A stretch of DNA of 64,000 bases from the NCBI GenBank assembly GCA_041752695.1, contig JBGSVZ010000047.1, positions 65,299 to 129,298 on the forward strand, given 5' to 3'. Every line of letters begins with the position of its first letter. The first letter of the stretch is position 1. Positions 27,138 to 36,030 of this stretch are shown piece by piece. The notes under the pieces were generated by a model. The model saw only the letters and a program-made list of their open reading frames with translations. It ran no database searches and was not told the DNA's origin. The DNA comes from Terrimicrobiaceae bacterium (GTDB taxonomy: Bacteria; Verrucomicrobiota; Verrucomicrobiia; Chthoniobacterales; Terrimicrobiaceae). The position numbers and the translations under genes were made by a program.

Positions 27138-28595
27138 ATGCCCGACTACATTGCCACCATCGGCCTCGAAGTTCACGTCCAGCTCAAGACCCGTACAAAA
27201 ATGTTCTGCTCCTGCGCGGTCGAGTACGGAGCGGAGCCGAATACCAACGTCTGCCCCGTCTGCCTGGGTTTACCCGGGGCGCTTCCCGTGATGAACGACG
27301 AGGCCCTCCGCCTCACCACGCTCGCCGGGATCATGCTGGGCTGCACCACGCCCGCCACGTGCAAGTTTGACCGGAAAAATTATTTCTACCCGGACATGCC
27401 GAAGAACTACCAGATCAGCCAATACGATCTGCCTCTCTGCCTTGGCGGTGCCGTCCCCCTCCACGATCTCGCTTACCCGAAGGACGCTCAGAAAACGATT
27501 GAGACGAAGGACAAACACATTGCCCTCACCCGCATTCATCTGGAGGAGGATGTGGCGAAAAGTTTCCACATGGAAAGCGCCACCGGCATTGATTTCAACC
27601 GCGCCGGCACGCCGCTGATGGAGATCGTCAGTGAAGCCGAAATCGCCAGCCCGGAGGAGGCCTTTGCCTACCTCACCGTTCTCCAGCAGGTCATGATCTA
27701 CGGCGGCATTTCCGACGCCGACATGGAGAAAGGCCAGATGCGCTGCGATGTGAACGTCTCCGTGCGGCCCGCTTCCACGGATCAGTGGGGCACCAAAATC
27801 GAACTGAAAAACCTCAATTCGATCTCCGGTGTCCGTCGCGCTCTGGCGTTTGAAATCCCCCGCCAGATCGAGGCGCTCGAAGCTGGTGTTGTCCTCGATC
27901 AGGAAACCCGCCGGTGGGACGATGTCCGCGGCGAAACGACGCTCATGCGCATCAAGGAAAGCGCGCACGACTATCGTTATTTCCCCGATCCCGATCTTCT
28001 CCCCGTCCATACCGCAGAAATTCTCGCCAGCGCCCAGGCCCGCAAGCCCGAGCTGCCCTGGGAAAAACGCTCCCGCTACGTGGCCGACTTCGGCGTGACC
28101 GATTACGATGCGGCCGTACTGGCCAACGACCTCGCGCTTTCGCGGTATTTCGAAACCGCGGCCAAAGGGGCCAAGAAACCGAAAAATATCGCCAACTGGA
28201 TGCTGAACGACCTCCAGAGCGCCCTGTCCACCGCGAGCAAAACGATCACCGATTGCCCAATCCCGCCCGAGGCGCTCGACGAGCTGGTCAACCTTATCGA
28301 CAACGGCAAGATCAACGGCAAACAAGGCAAGGATGTCTTTGCGGAAATGTTCACCACCGGGAAACAAGCGGCCGTGATCGTGAAAGAAAAAGGCCTCGAG
28401 CAAGTTAGCGACAGCGGGGCCATCGAGGCCCTCTGCGACCAGGCCATCGAAGCCAGCCCCAAGGCGGTGTCCGAATACAAGGCCGGCAAACTCGCCGCGA
28501 TCAACGCGATCAAAGGCCAGGTGATGAAGCTCTCCAAAGGCCAGGCCAATCCGGCCCTGGTGAGCGAGATTCTGGAGAAGAAACTCGCTTCGTAG
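27138..28595 (+). CDS. gatB: Aspartyl/glutamyl-tRNA amidotransferase subunit B
   Basis: IGLEVHVQL, CPVCLGLPGALP, FDRKNYFYPD, HLEED, DFNRAGTPLMEIV, RCDVNVS, YRYFPDPDL. Confidence 0.97.
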   Translation: MPDYIATIGLEVHVQLKTRTKMFCSCAVEYGAEPNTNVCPVCLGLPGALPVMNDEALRLTTLAGIMLGCTTPATCKFDRKNYFYPDMPKNYQISQYDLPLCLGGAVPLHDLAYPKDAQKTIETKDKHIALTRIHLEEDVAKSFHMESATGIDFNRAGTPLMEIVSEAEIASPEEAFAYLTVLQQVMIYGGISDADMEKGQMRCDVNVSVRPASTDQWGTKIELKNLNSISGVRRALAFEIPRQIEALEAGVVLDQETRRWDDVRGETTLMRIKESAHDYRYFPDPDLLPVHTAEILASAQARKPELPWEKRSRYVADFGVTDYDAAVLANDLALSRYFETAAKGAKKPKNIANWMLNDLQSALSTASKTITDCPIPPEALDELVNLIDNGKINGKQGKDVFAEMFTTGKQAAVIVKEKGLEQVSDSGAIEALCDQAIEASPKAVSEYKAGKLAAINAIKGQVMKLSKGQANPALVSEILEKKLAS

Positions 28596-28707
28596 CTCGC
28601 ACGACCCAGGAGCGACGCAGTTTCTGGCCGTCCGCCAAAACTTCGCGGCGGCTGACTCCTTCACGCGAAGGATGGACATTCCGCTTTTCAGCCGTTAGGT
28701 TCGTCGA

Positions 28708-28938
28708 ATGGTTCAACCTGAAGATCTGGTTGGAGAAGAGTGGGCTGATTGGTATCGTCTCACTCCCATTCAGCGCTGGCTCGAAAGTGAGCGGCTCTGG
28801 CAAACCTATCTTGCCCTGGGAGGCTCCCTTTATCCCGAACCCGATACGCAAAGTCCTTTTCACGATCCGCAAGCACCATGTTCGCTCCCTGCTCATGGGC
28901 GGGCAGGCCTGCGTGTTTTACGGCGCGGCCGAGTTTAG
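28708..28938 (+). CDS. Small hypothetical protein overlapping the downstream nucleotidyltransferase (possible partner or antitoxin)
   Basis: 76 aa, EEWADWYRLTPIQRWLESERLWQTYLALGGSL; the W-x-x-x-T-P-x-x-R pattern is typical of small partners of nucleotidyltransferases (recollection). Confidence 0.55.
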   Translation: MVQPEDLVGEEWADWYRLTPIQRWLESERLWQTYLALGGSLYPEPDTQSPFHDPQAPCSLPAHGRAGLRVLRRGRV

Positions 28939-29581
28939 CCGCGATACGGATCTGGCGATCCTTGCCGACGACGAAAATCTCGCCCGGCTCCGGGAGGCTC
29001 TTGAGGAACTGGAGGCCGTTTCTATTGAGGTTCCCTCCTTCGAACCGGCTTACCTTCATGCCGGCCACGCGATTCATTTTCGTTGTCAACACCCGGATGC
29101 TGCGGGTATGCGGGTCGATATCATGTCGCGGATGCGGGGAGTGGATGAGTTTTCCGCTCTCTGGGAGAGGCGCACGACTTTTGAAATGCCGGACGGACTC
29201 GCTTGCGATCTGCTTTCCTTGCCGGATCTGGTTGCCGCCAAAAAAACGCAGCGCGACAAAGACTGGCCGATGATCCGCCGTCTCGTGGAAGCTCATCATT
29301 TTGCGCACCGTGCCGATCCCAACTCCGAGCAAATTGCTTTTTGGTTTCGGGAACTTCGCACTTCCTCGCTTCTCACGGAGTCCACCCGGACCTGGCCGGA
29401 TGTAGTCAGCCAGTGCATGTCTCTCCGGCCCTTGCTTCGGTTTGCGCAGTCTGGAGATGAGCGCGCGTTGAGTCTGGCCTTGGAGGAAGAGCGCGTGGAG
29501 CGGGCCTTGGATCGTGAATATTGGTTGCCTCTCAAACACGAACTCGAACAGTTACGTCGGAATCGGAAAGAAAATTCCTAA
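28829..29581 (+). CDS. Pol-beta-superfamily nucleotidyltransferase (AbiEii/DUF6036-like); start codon unresolved
   Basis: LLMGGQACVFYG..SRDTDL (GG + DxD), RVDIM, LVAAKK..RDKDW. The frame is open from 28730; the first in-domain ATG (28895) would cut off the first helix and strand. Confidence 0.7.
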   Translation, partial: FIPNPIRKVLFTIRKHHVRSLLMGGQACVFYGAAEFSRDTDLAILADDENLARLREALEELEAVSIEVPSFEPAYLHAGHAIHFRCQHPDAAGMRVDIMSRMRGVDEFSALWERRTTFEMPDGLACDLLSLPDLVAAKKTQRDKDWPMIRRLVEAHHFAHRADPNSEQIAFWFRELRTSSLLTESTRTWPDVVSQCMSLRPLLRFAQSGDERALSLALEEERVERALDREYWLPLKHELEQLRRNRKENS

Positions 29582-29624
29582 GAAACCGCGCGCTCCTGCG
29601 TTACCTCGGAAAGCCCTTCTTCCG

Positions 29625-30896
29625 ATGAAACTCCAGGACTCCCCGTTTCCCCAAAATCTCGCCGTCCGCCTCCGTGACCGGTTGGTCCAATCGCGGTTTC
29701 TCACGGTTTCTCTCACGCTCCACCTTATCCTGCTGGTCATCCTTGCGACCATTGTGGTGGTAAAGCCGCTCCCGGAACCGGCGGAAATGACCTCCGATGG
29801 GCCTCTGGTCCAACCGGGCGAACCCGTGATTCCCCGTCCAGAGAACCCTTCTGTCACGGAAGTGACTCCCGCCAAACCTCAGGATTTTGTGCCGTCGGCC
29901 CCGGCGCTGAGTGGCCTGGAGGATATGATCCGGACCATCAACCGTCCCGGAGATACGCATTCCTTCGTTCCCCCTTCCATCGGGCTGGGTCATATGCCGA
30001 CGGCGCCCGGCGATCCCCTGCTGGTGCCACCGGCACCCGCTGCCTCCGGCCTGAGCGCTCCCGACCGCGCCGCCATTGGGGGTTTCGTCAAAGGCTGGCG
30101 CACCAACTCCCCGTCCTCCTCAAATCCGACGTTCGAATTCACCGCCTACATCGGCCGCTACGATGGCAATTGGAATTCGACCGTGCGGGTCACCAACGGC
30201 GAAATCACGGCAGGCAGCCTGCCCAATTTGCTTTATGTGACGAGCAGGTGGACGAAGGACCGGATTAAAACCAATGAGCGCAAGGTGAAGGCCATGCCTC
30301 TCGACAGTCCGGAGATTTTCGTCACCAAGCCGCCGTTTATTTTTCTGACGGGCACACGGGACTTCAAGCTCACGGATGCCGAGGTGGAAAATTTGCGCAA
30401 TTACATCAAGGTGGGCGGGGCTATCTGGGGGGATGGCTCGGTGCCCGGACCGCGCTCGGCTTTTGATCGGGCTTTCCGCCGCGAGATGGAGAAGGTTGTG
30501 GGGGGCGAGGAGAGGTTCCAGCCCATCGATGAAAAGCACCCGGCCCTGGCCAATGGCTATTTCCCCAAAGTGCGGGAGTTGCCGGCGGGGATCAATCACT
30601 ACCGCGAATCCCTGCAGGTGCTGCGCAAACATGGTGAGATCGCGGTGATTTACACCAGCAACGACTACGGCGACATGTGGCAGATCGGATTGGACAAGGA
30701 CGCGAAGATTGACCTCTCGCGCAATGAGGGCGGGCAGTATGTCGCGATGAATCCCACGCTTTGGGAAAATCGTGGCATTTACGTGCGCAATATCGAGCAA
30801 CCGGCGATCGAACAGGCCTATAAATTTGGGATCAACATGATCGTGCATCTGCTCACGCGATGGGATTCCCACGTCAGAAACTCGGCTCCCCTCTGA
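29625..30896 (+). CDS. DUF4159 domain-containing membrane-anchored protein
   Basis: N-terminal TM (SLTLHLILLVILA), Pro-rich linker, PFIFLTGTRDFKLTDAEVENLRNYIKVGGAIWGD..NDYGDMW..AYKFGINMIVH. Confidence 0.8.
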   Translation: MKLQDSPFPQNLAVRLRDRLVQSRFLTVSLTLHLILLVILATIVVVKPLPEPAEMTSDGPLVQPGEPVIPRPENPSVTEVTPAKPQDFVPSAPALSGLEDMIRTINRPGDTHSFVPPSIGLGHMPTAPGDPLLVPPAPAASGLSAPDRAAIGGFVKGWRTNSPSSSNPTFEFTAYIGRYDGNWNSTVRVTNGEITAGSLPNLLYVTSRWTKDRIKTNERKVKAMPLDSPEIFVTKPPFIFLTGTRDFKLTDAEVENLRNYIKVGGAIWGDGSVPGPRSAFDRAFRREMEKVVGGEERFQPIDEKHPALANGYFPKVRELPAGINHYRESLQVLRKHGEIAVIYTSNDYGDMWQIGLDKDAKIDLSRNEGGQYVAMNPTLWENRGIYVRNIEQPAIEQAYKFGINMIVHLLTRWDSHVRNSAPL

Positions 30897-30942
30897 TTTC
30901 GGAGTTGCTTTTCCCCGCAAACCATCCAGATTTCCCGCCCCT

Positions 30943-31098
30943 ATGAGTCAACATCCCAGCCTGAAGGGCAAAGGCACCATCCAAGCCAAGCGCAGCGTCT
31001 TGAAACGCTTCGAGCGCGTTGAACTGCTCAAAAAACGCGGTCAGTTCAAAGACGGCCAGCCTGTCATTGGCCTGCCCAAAACCAAACCCGAAGAATAG
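30943..31098 (+). CDS. PVC-superphylum small basic (signature) protein, 51 aa; absent from the ORF track
   Basis: Translated by hand: MSQHPSLKGKGTIQAKRSVLKRFERVELLKKRGQFKDGQPVIGLPKTKPEE, matching the family pattern MSxHxSL..RxVLKRxER..GLPK. Confidence 0.9.
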   Translation: MSQHPSLKGKGTIQAKRSVLKRFERVELLKKRGQFKDGQPVIGLPKTKPEE

Positions 31099-31118
31099 GC
31101 GCTCACGCGAGTGATCAT

Positions 31119-31185
31119 TGAAAGTGAAAGTGAAAGGGGTGCGCCACACACGGGCATGCCCTTTTCACTTTCCCTTTCTCTTTCA
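31119..31185. terminator. Long hairpin built on TGAAAG hexamers; probable terminator or structural repeat
   Basis: GAAAGTGAAAGGGGTGCGCC (31126-31145) pairs with GGCATGCCCTTTTCACTTTC (31153-31172), mostly Watson-Crick or G-U; pyrimidine-rich tail. Confidence 0.5.
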
Positions 31186-31202
31186 CTCCGGTGTAACCAG
31201 CC

Positions 31203-31934
31203 ATGCGTCTAAATCGCTTTCTCGCCGCGGCGGGCCTTGGCTCGCGGCGTGCCTGCGAAGCGCTGATTCTCGACGGCAAGGTCGCCATCAATGGACACTA
31301 TATCCGTGAATTGGCGACCAACGTATTGCCCGACGACGATGTGCGGGTTTCCGGGCGTCAGGCCCGCGCGGCCATCCCGGTTTATATCCTGCTGAATAAA
31401 CCGCGGGGTTACGTCTGCACACGTTCCGACGAGCGCGGACGCAAGACCATTTTCGACCTGCTTCCGCCGCATTACGGGCGGCTTTTTCACGTCGGCCGGC
31501 TCGACATGGAGAGCGAAGGACTCCTTTTGCTGACAAACGACGGCGACCTCTCCCAGCGGCTCACCCATCCGGCCCATGAAATCGAGAAGGACTACGAGGT
31601 CCTCCTCGACAAGCCCTTTGACGCCGAACTCGCGCCGAAAATGGTGCGGGGTTTTATGATCGAAGGCGGACGGGCCAAGATGGAACGCATCCACATCATT
31701 GCGCCAAAACATTTGAAGGTGGTCCTTCGGCAGGGCATCAAACGCCAGATCCGGCTGATGTTTTACCAACTCGGCTACGAGGTGAAGCGCCTCATGCGCA
31801 CCCGAATCGGAGGTGTCGAGTATGGGGGCCTGAAGACGGGCCAGTGGCGTCCGCTCAACGAGAAGGAAGTCAAGCTGCTCACGGGAAAAGGTGGCAAACC
31901 CAAGGCACCGCGTGCAAGATCGAAGGCGCCATGA
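31203..31934 (+). CDS. rRNA pseudouridine synthase, RsuA/RluB family
   Basis: S4 domain MRLNRFLA..SRR; LLNKPRG; VGRLDMESEGLLLLTNDGD; QGIKRQIR. Confidence 0.93.
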   Translation: MRLNRFLAAAGLGSRRACEALILDGKVAINGHYIRELATNVLPDDDVRVSGRQARAAIPVYILLNKPRGYVCTRSDERGRKTIFDLLPPHYGRLFHVGRLDMESEGLLLLTNDGDLSQRLTHPAHEIEKDYEVLLDKPFDAELAPKMVRGFMIEGGRAKMERIHIIAPKHLKVVLRQGIKRQIRLMFYQLGYEVKRLMRTRIGGVEYGGLKTGQWRPLNEKEVKLLTGKGGKPKAPRARSKAP

Positions 31935-32320
31935 AAACGCCCATCGCTCCCTTTGCCGGGTCGCCCCCCGCCCTCGGTCCCTATTCGCTCGGCGTGGTCG
32001 CCGAGGGACGGTTTGTTTTTGTCTCCGGCATGACCCCCTACGATCCCGCTCTGGGGAAAATCGACCGCGGGACGATCACGCGCCAGACCGAGTTGGTGAT
32101 TGAGAACATCCAAAACGTCCTGGCCGAGGGCGGGGCTTCCCTGGCCGACGTGGTGAGCTGCCGGGTCTATCTGTCCGATCTCACCCCGGAGAACTTTCAG
32201 GCGATGAACGAGGTTTACGCCCGCTATTTCGGCGAATCGAAGCCGGCCCGTGCGACCATCGGGGCGCAGTTACCACCGGGATTCGACGTCGAAATCGAGT
32301 GCGTGGCCGTGCTGGCCTGA
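31931..32320 (+). CDS. RidA (YjgF/YER057c/UK114) family protein
   Basis: GPYS, FVSG, MNEVYARYF, KPARATI, VEIECVA; ATGA overlap with the upstream gene. Confidence 0.92.
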   Translation: MKTPIAPFAGSPPALGPYSLGVVAEGRFVFVSGMTPYDPALGKIDRGTITRQTELVIENIQNVLAEGGASLADVVSCRVYLSDLTPENFQAMNEVYARYFGESKPARATIGAQLPPGFDVEIECVAVLA

Positions 32321-32330
32321 TCCTGCCGCG

Positions 32331-34469
32331 ATGGACGAATCCCCGCTCGCGCGCACGCGACGGATCGGGTCTGCGGCCTGCCGGTGGTTTGTGGTCCGGC
32401 TGGGTTTGTTTATAACGGCCGTCCTGATTGCCCAGCAGCTTCCCGGTTGGCTCAAGGGACCGGTCTGGGTCGTGGCTTTTGCGATGGGGGTTTGGGCGTT
32501 TGTGGCGCTGGTTCGGGAGTCCACCCGGGCCGTTGATCACCTGCTGCCGCGCCTGGCGGTCTCTTGGCAGCGGCTGGGGGTCTGGATGGAGCGGCGGGCC
32601 GCCGTCTGGAAAATCCTTGGCCTCGCGTGTTGCGTGGTGCTCCTGGGAATCACGGTTTTTCGCGCCTGGCCGGCCTGGCATTTTCTCGCGACCTCGTCTC
32701 TGCGGGAGGATGAGATCCTCAACATCGAGCGCTACACGTCCAAGGGAATCGCCCCCGCGGTCGGCACCTACAATCTCGCCCGCAATCACATCTTTTATAA
32801 TGTGGTGAATGCGCTGATTCCCGGCTCAGGCTCCCTGTCGCCGCTGCGCGGCAGGCTTGTCTCTCTCACAGCCGTCGTGAGTGCGCTGCTGCTGATCGTG
32901 GCGTATGCGGCGAGGCGGGGTTGGTTGCTGGCTGGTGTGGCATGTGCGGGTTTTGTGGCGGTCGATCTTTATGCCTTGAAGGTCGTGCTGGAGGGGCGTG
33001 GTTATGGACTGATTTGTTTTTTTGGGGTGCTGGCCTGCCTTGCCCTCACGGAATGGTTGCGCACCCGGCGGCAGTTCTGGCTCAACACCCTGGCGGTGGC
33101 CTGTGTGCTGGGCACCTACACTTTGCCGTATTTTGTGGTTTTCGGCGGCAGTCTCCTGCTGGTCGCATTTTTTCATCGTCCGTCGCGCGACACCCTGCTG
33201 GCCGGGGGGCTGTCGCTGGCCGGCATCGGCATGTTGTACCTGCCGATTCTCGACAAGGTGTTGAAGGTGGCCTCGGGCTACGATGACGAATACGGCGACA
33301 CGGTGACTTATAATTTCGGGGCGATGGACGCGGTCTTTCGCACCATGCAGTATTTTATCTCGTATGAGATGACTCTCATCGGGCCGCTCTTTTTTATCCT
33401 GACCCTTCTGCTCGCGTTGCTGTTCATGATGTTCGGGCGGTTTGCCAGGCTGTCGGACCGCCATGCCGCGGCCGGGGTGGCCCTCGGCATCCTCGCCATG
33501 CTGGCGGCGCTCCTCTATCTCAAAGCCGTGCCCATCCGGGTGAGTGCGTTTTTGGCCGGTCCGCAGGCGTTTCTCGCCCTCTTGATGGCCGGTTCGGTCC
33601 TAGCCGCCAAATCCCTTGTACCTGTCCGGCCAGCCCTGATCCTGGCGTTTACGGCCCTTGTGGGAAGTGTGCTTTGGCATGCGGAAATCAAGGAGCCGCT
33701 TCTCCCGCGGCAAAATTGGAGTGGATTCGCCGAGTTGATCGAGCGGGCCTTTCCCGCGGATACACGCGTCTGGGTGGGGGAAAAATACGACAAGCTGCTG
33801 CAACCGCATTTTTCGACCCCACGAACGGTCGGTGGGGAAATCAATGGGCCCGCCATGGCCGGTGGTCGTTTGCTCGCGTTTGAGCCCTATTTCAAAATCG
33901 GCCATGAAAAGAAACGGCTGCGTTGGGAGGATCTTCCCGAAGGCGTGCGTTATGTCACCGCCCCTTTGCTGATCAATTATCAGAGGCTGTTTTTTGTACC
34001 GCCCGCGTCCCGCGGAATCTCCCGGGTCGAGGTGGATGGACGCGAGGTTCCCTCCCAGGTTTCCGGCCGCCAGCCCCGTGATCCGGTGACTCTTTCCACC
34101 TCGGGCGGGCACGGGGACACTCTCTACAAGAATGCGGACGCCACTACCGGCTTGGAGCCGGAGGCCATCGCGCTGCCGGCCACGGTGGAAATTACTTTCG
34201 CTGCCGCAACGCCGCCCGGTTCCTGCAACGCGCTTTTTTCGCAGATTCTTGGTGATAAAATCGTCGACGCTGAAGTCCAGGATGCGGGAGGGAATTGGCG
34301 GAAAGTCCCGGCCTTTGTCCTGGGAGAAATGGCCAGCGTCCGACTTGCCGAAGGGGCGAAAGCGGTGCGCCTTCGGGTGTCGTCCAATCCCGCGTTTCAG
34401 CCCAGCGCCCGCCTGGACGGACCCCGGCCGGCGTTCGGACTATTGGACACCTGGACGTCGCCGCTCTGA
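32331..34469 (+). CDS. GT-C fold glycosyltransferase-like membrane protein with soluble C-terminal domain
   Basis: LREDEI, RNHIFYN and EGRGYGL motifs parallel those of 11548-13095; many TM segments. Confidence 0.7.
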   Translation: MDESPLARTRRIGSAACRWFVVRLGLFITAVLIAQQLPGWLKGPVWVVAFAMGVWAFVALVRESTRAVDHLLPRLAVSWQRLGVWMERRAAVWKILGLACCVVLLGITVFRAWPAWHFLATSSLREDEILNIERYTSKGIAPAVGTYNLARNHIFYNVVNALIPGSGSLSPLRGRLVSLTAVVSALLLIVAYAARRGWLLAGVACAGFVAVDLYALKVVLEGRGYGLICFFGVLACLALTEWLRTRRQFWLNTLAVACVLGTYTLPYFVVFGGSLLLVAFFHRPSRDTLLAGGLSLAGIGMLYLPILDKVLKVASGYDDEYGDTVTYNFGAMDAVFRTMQYFISYEMTLIGPLFFILTLLLALLFMMFGRFARLSDRHAAAGVALGILAMLAALLYLKAVPIRVSAFLAGPQAFLALLMAGSVLAAKSLVPVRPALILAFTALVGSVLWHAEIKEPLLPRQNWSGFAELIERAFPADTRVWVGEKYDKLLQPHFSTPRTVGGEINGPAMAGGRLLAFEPYFKIGHEKKRLRWEDLPEGVRYVTAPLLINYQRLFFVPPASRGISRVEVDGREVPSQVSGRQPRDPVTLSTSGGHGDTLYKNADATTGLEPEAIALPATVEITFAAATPPGSCNALFSQILGDKIVDAEVQDAGGNWRKVPAFVLGEMASVRLAEGAKAVRLRVSSNPAFQPSARLDGPRPAFGLLDTWTSPL

Positions 34470-35165
34470 CGACGACTCGTCCGATTTGGCGGCCGTGTAG
34501 ATGCTTGCCACGCCATTGAGGAGCAGCTTGCGCCTGGCTTGGGCGAATCCGCATTTTTCGATGAGGCCGAGCATGGAGGCCCCGCGGGGAAATGTCTCGA
34601 TGGACTCGCCCAGATATTCATAGGCGTCGCGATTGCCCGTGACCAGGGCCGCGAGCCGGGGAAGGCCATGATGCAGGTAGGCCCGATAGACGGCGCGGAA
34701 GGGTCGGAACTCGGGGAGGGAAAAATCCATGATGAGCAAAAATCCGCCAGGCCGGAGCACCCGGTTCATCTCGGAGAGAGCGGTGTCCCACGATGCCATG
34801 TTCCGCAGCCCGAAGGCCACGGTGAGCGCATCGAACGAGGCGTCGCGAAAGGGGAGATTTAATCCGTCCGCCTGAACCAGGGCCGGGACGTTTTTCCCGC
34901 GGGCGACTTCCAGCATGGGCAGGCAAAAATCCGCCCCCACCACCTGCGCGTCCGGACAGGCCGAGCGCAGGGTTTTTGCCAGGTCGCCACTCCCTGTGGC
35001 CAGATCAAGGATGCGTCGGGGATGGGTGGTCGCAACCAAACGCCCCGCCTGGGCGCGCCAAAGAAAATCCACGCCGCCGCTCAGAACGTGATTGGCCAGG
35101 TCATAACGCGTGGCGATGGCGGAAAAGGTCTGCCGGACGAAACCGGGGTTTTGTTGGGGAAGCAC
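34440..35165 (-). CDS. ubiE: Ubiquinone/menaquinone biosynthesis C-methyltransferase (UbiE/MenG)
   Basis: FSAIATRYDLANHVLSGG, ILDLATGSGD, AFGLRN, RVLRPGG, AYEYLGESI. Confidence 0.92.
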   Translation of the reverse strand: MLPQQNPGFVRQTFSAIATRYDLANHVLSGGVDFLWRAQAGRLVATTHPRRILDLATGSGDLAKTLRSACPDAQVVGADFCLPMLEVARGKNVPALVQADGLNLPFRDASFDALTVAFGLRNMASWDTALSEMNRVLRPGGFLLIMDFSLPEFRPFRAVYRAYLHHGLPRLAALVTGNRDAYEYLGESIETFPRGASMLGLIEKCGFAQARRKLLLNGVASIYTAAKSDESSSERRRPGVQ

Positions 35166-35269
35166 GGTGCTAAAAACGGAAGACGGAACTGGAAATTGCC
35201 GGGAGTTCGGACGGCAGCTGCGGCAATTGTTGGCGGAGCATTTTCGACAGCGGGCTCTTGATCAAAAAG

Positions 35270-35341
35270 TGGGTTGGCTGGGACTCGAACCCAGAACCAA
35301 CGCCTTAAAAGGGCGCTGCTCTACCATTGAGCTACCAACCC
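35270..35341 (-). tRNA. tRNA-Lys(TTT)
   Basis: GGGTTGGTAGCTCAATGGTAGAGCAGCGCCCTTTTAAGGCGTTGGTTCTGGGTTCGAGTCCCAGCCAACCCA; anticodon TTT; CCA not encoded. Confidence 0.95.
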
Positions 35342-35470
35342 GAAGTGTCACAAAGACTTTCTTTCAACCAGCAGGCCGCTTTTTTGGAAAAGACGGCGCC
35401 GCGATCGAACGGCAAGTCCGAGCGAGCGGGACAATTACTCACAAAATTTTGTCCTGTGCAAGAAAATCCC

Positions 35471-35974
35471 CTACTTCAATTTTTCGATCGCCTGCTGAAC
35501 CTCCGCGGCGTGTTCACCCGTTTTCGCTCCGAGAGCCATCCAGGCCACTTTGCCGTCCTTGATGAGGAACGACTGGCGTTTGGCAAATCCGAGCATGGCG
35601 GGAACCCCAAACGCCTGCGCCATCTTGCCATCGGCATCCGCCACCAACGGGAAGGGAAGTTGGTATTTTTCGCGGAACTTTTTCTGCGACGAGGGGGTGT
35701 CGCTGCTGACCCCGAGAATTTGCAACCCCTCGCCACTCAGGTCCGCGAAGGCGTCGCGCAGGGAACAGGCTTGCGCCGTGCACCCGGGGGTGTCGGCTTT
35801 GGGATAAAAATACACCAACGTCGGTCCCTTCCCATAGACCGTGGCAAGGTCGAGCGCCTGACCGTCCTGGTCGACGGCGGAAACAGTGGGGGCGGGCGCA
35901 CCGACTTTCAGGGGTTCGGCGTGGGCAAAAATTCCAAAAAGACTCATGATGGTAACGAGGATAAACGACTTCAC
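35471..35974 (-). CDS. bcp: Peroxiredoxin, BCP/PrxQ family, with probable signal peptide
   Basis: YFYPKADTPGCTAQAC; N-terminal VKSFILVTIMSLFGIFAHA (GTG start at 35974 chosen; uncertain). Confidence 0.88.
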   Translation of the reverse strand: MKSFILVTIMSLFGIFAHAEPLKVGAPAPTVSAVDQDGQALDLATVYGKGPTLVYFYPKADTPGCTAQACSLRDAFADLSGEGLQILGVSSDTPSSQKKFREKYQLPFPLVADADGKMAQAFGVPAMLGFAKRQSFLIKDGKVAWMALGAKTGEHAAEVQQAIEKLK

Positions 35975-36030
35975 TGCATTTGTAACGTTGCGCCAAGGCG
36001 CTAGGGACGCCAAATTCGCGCGTTTTCGTC

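Noticed and set aside
20489..35341. tRNA-Arg and tRNA-Lys as island integration sites
   Set aside because: No duplicated tRNA 3' ends or integrase were seen; flanking genes look resident.
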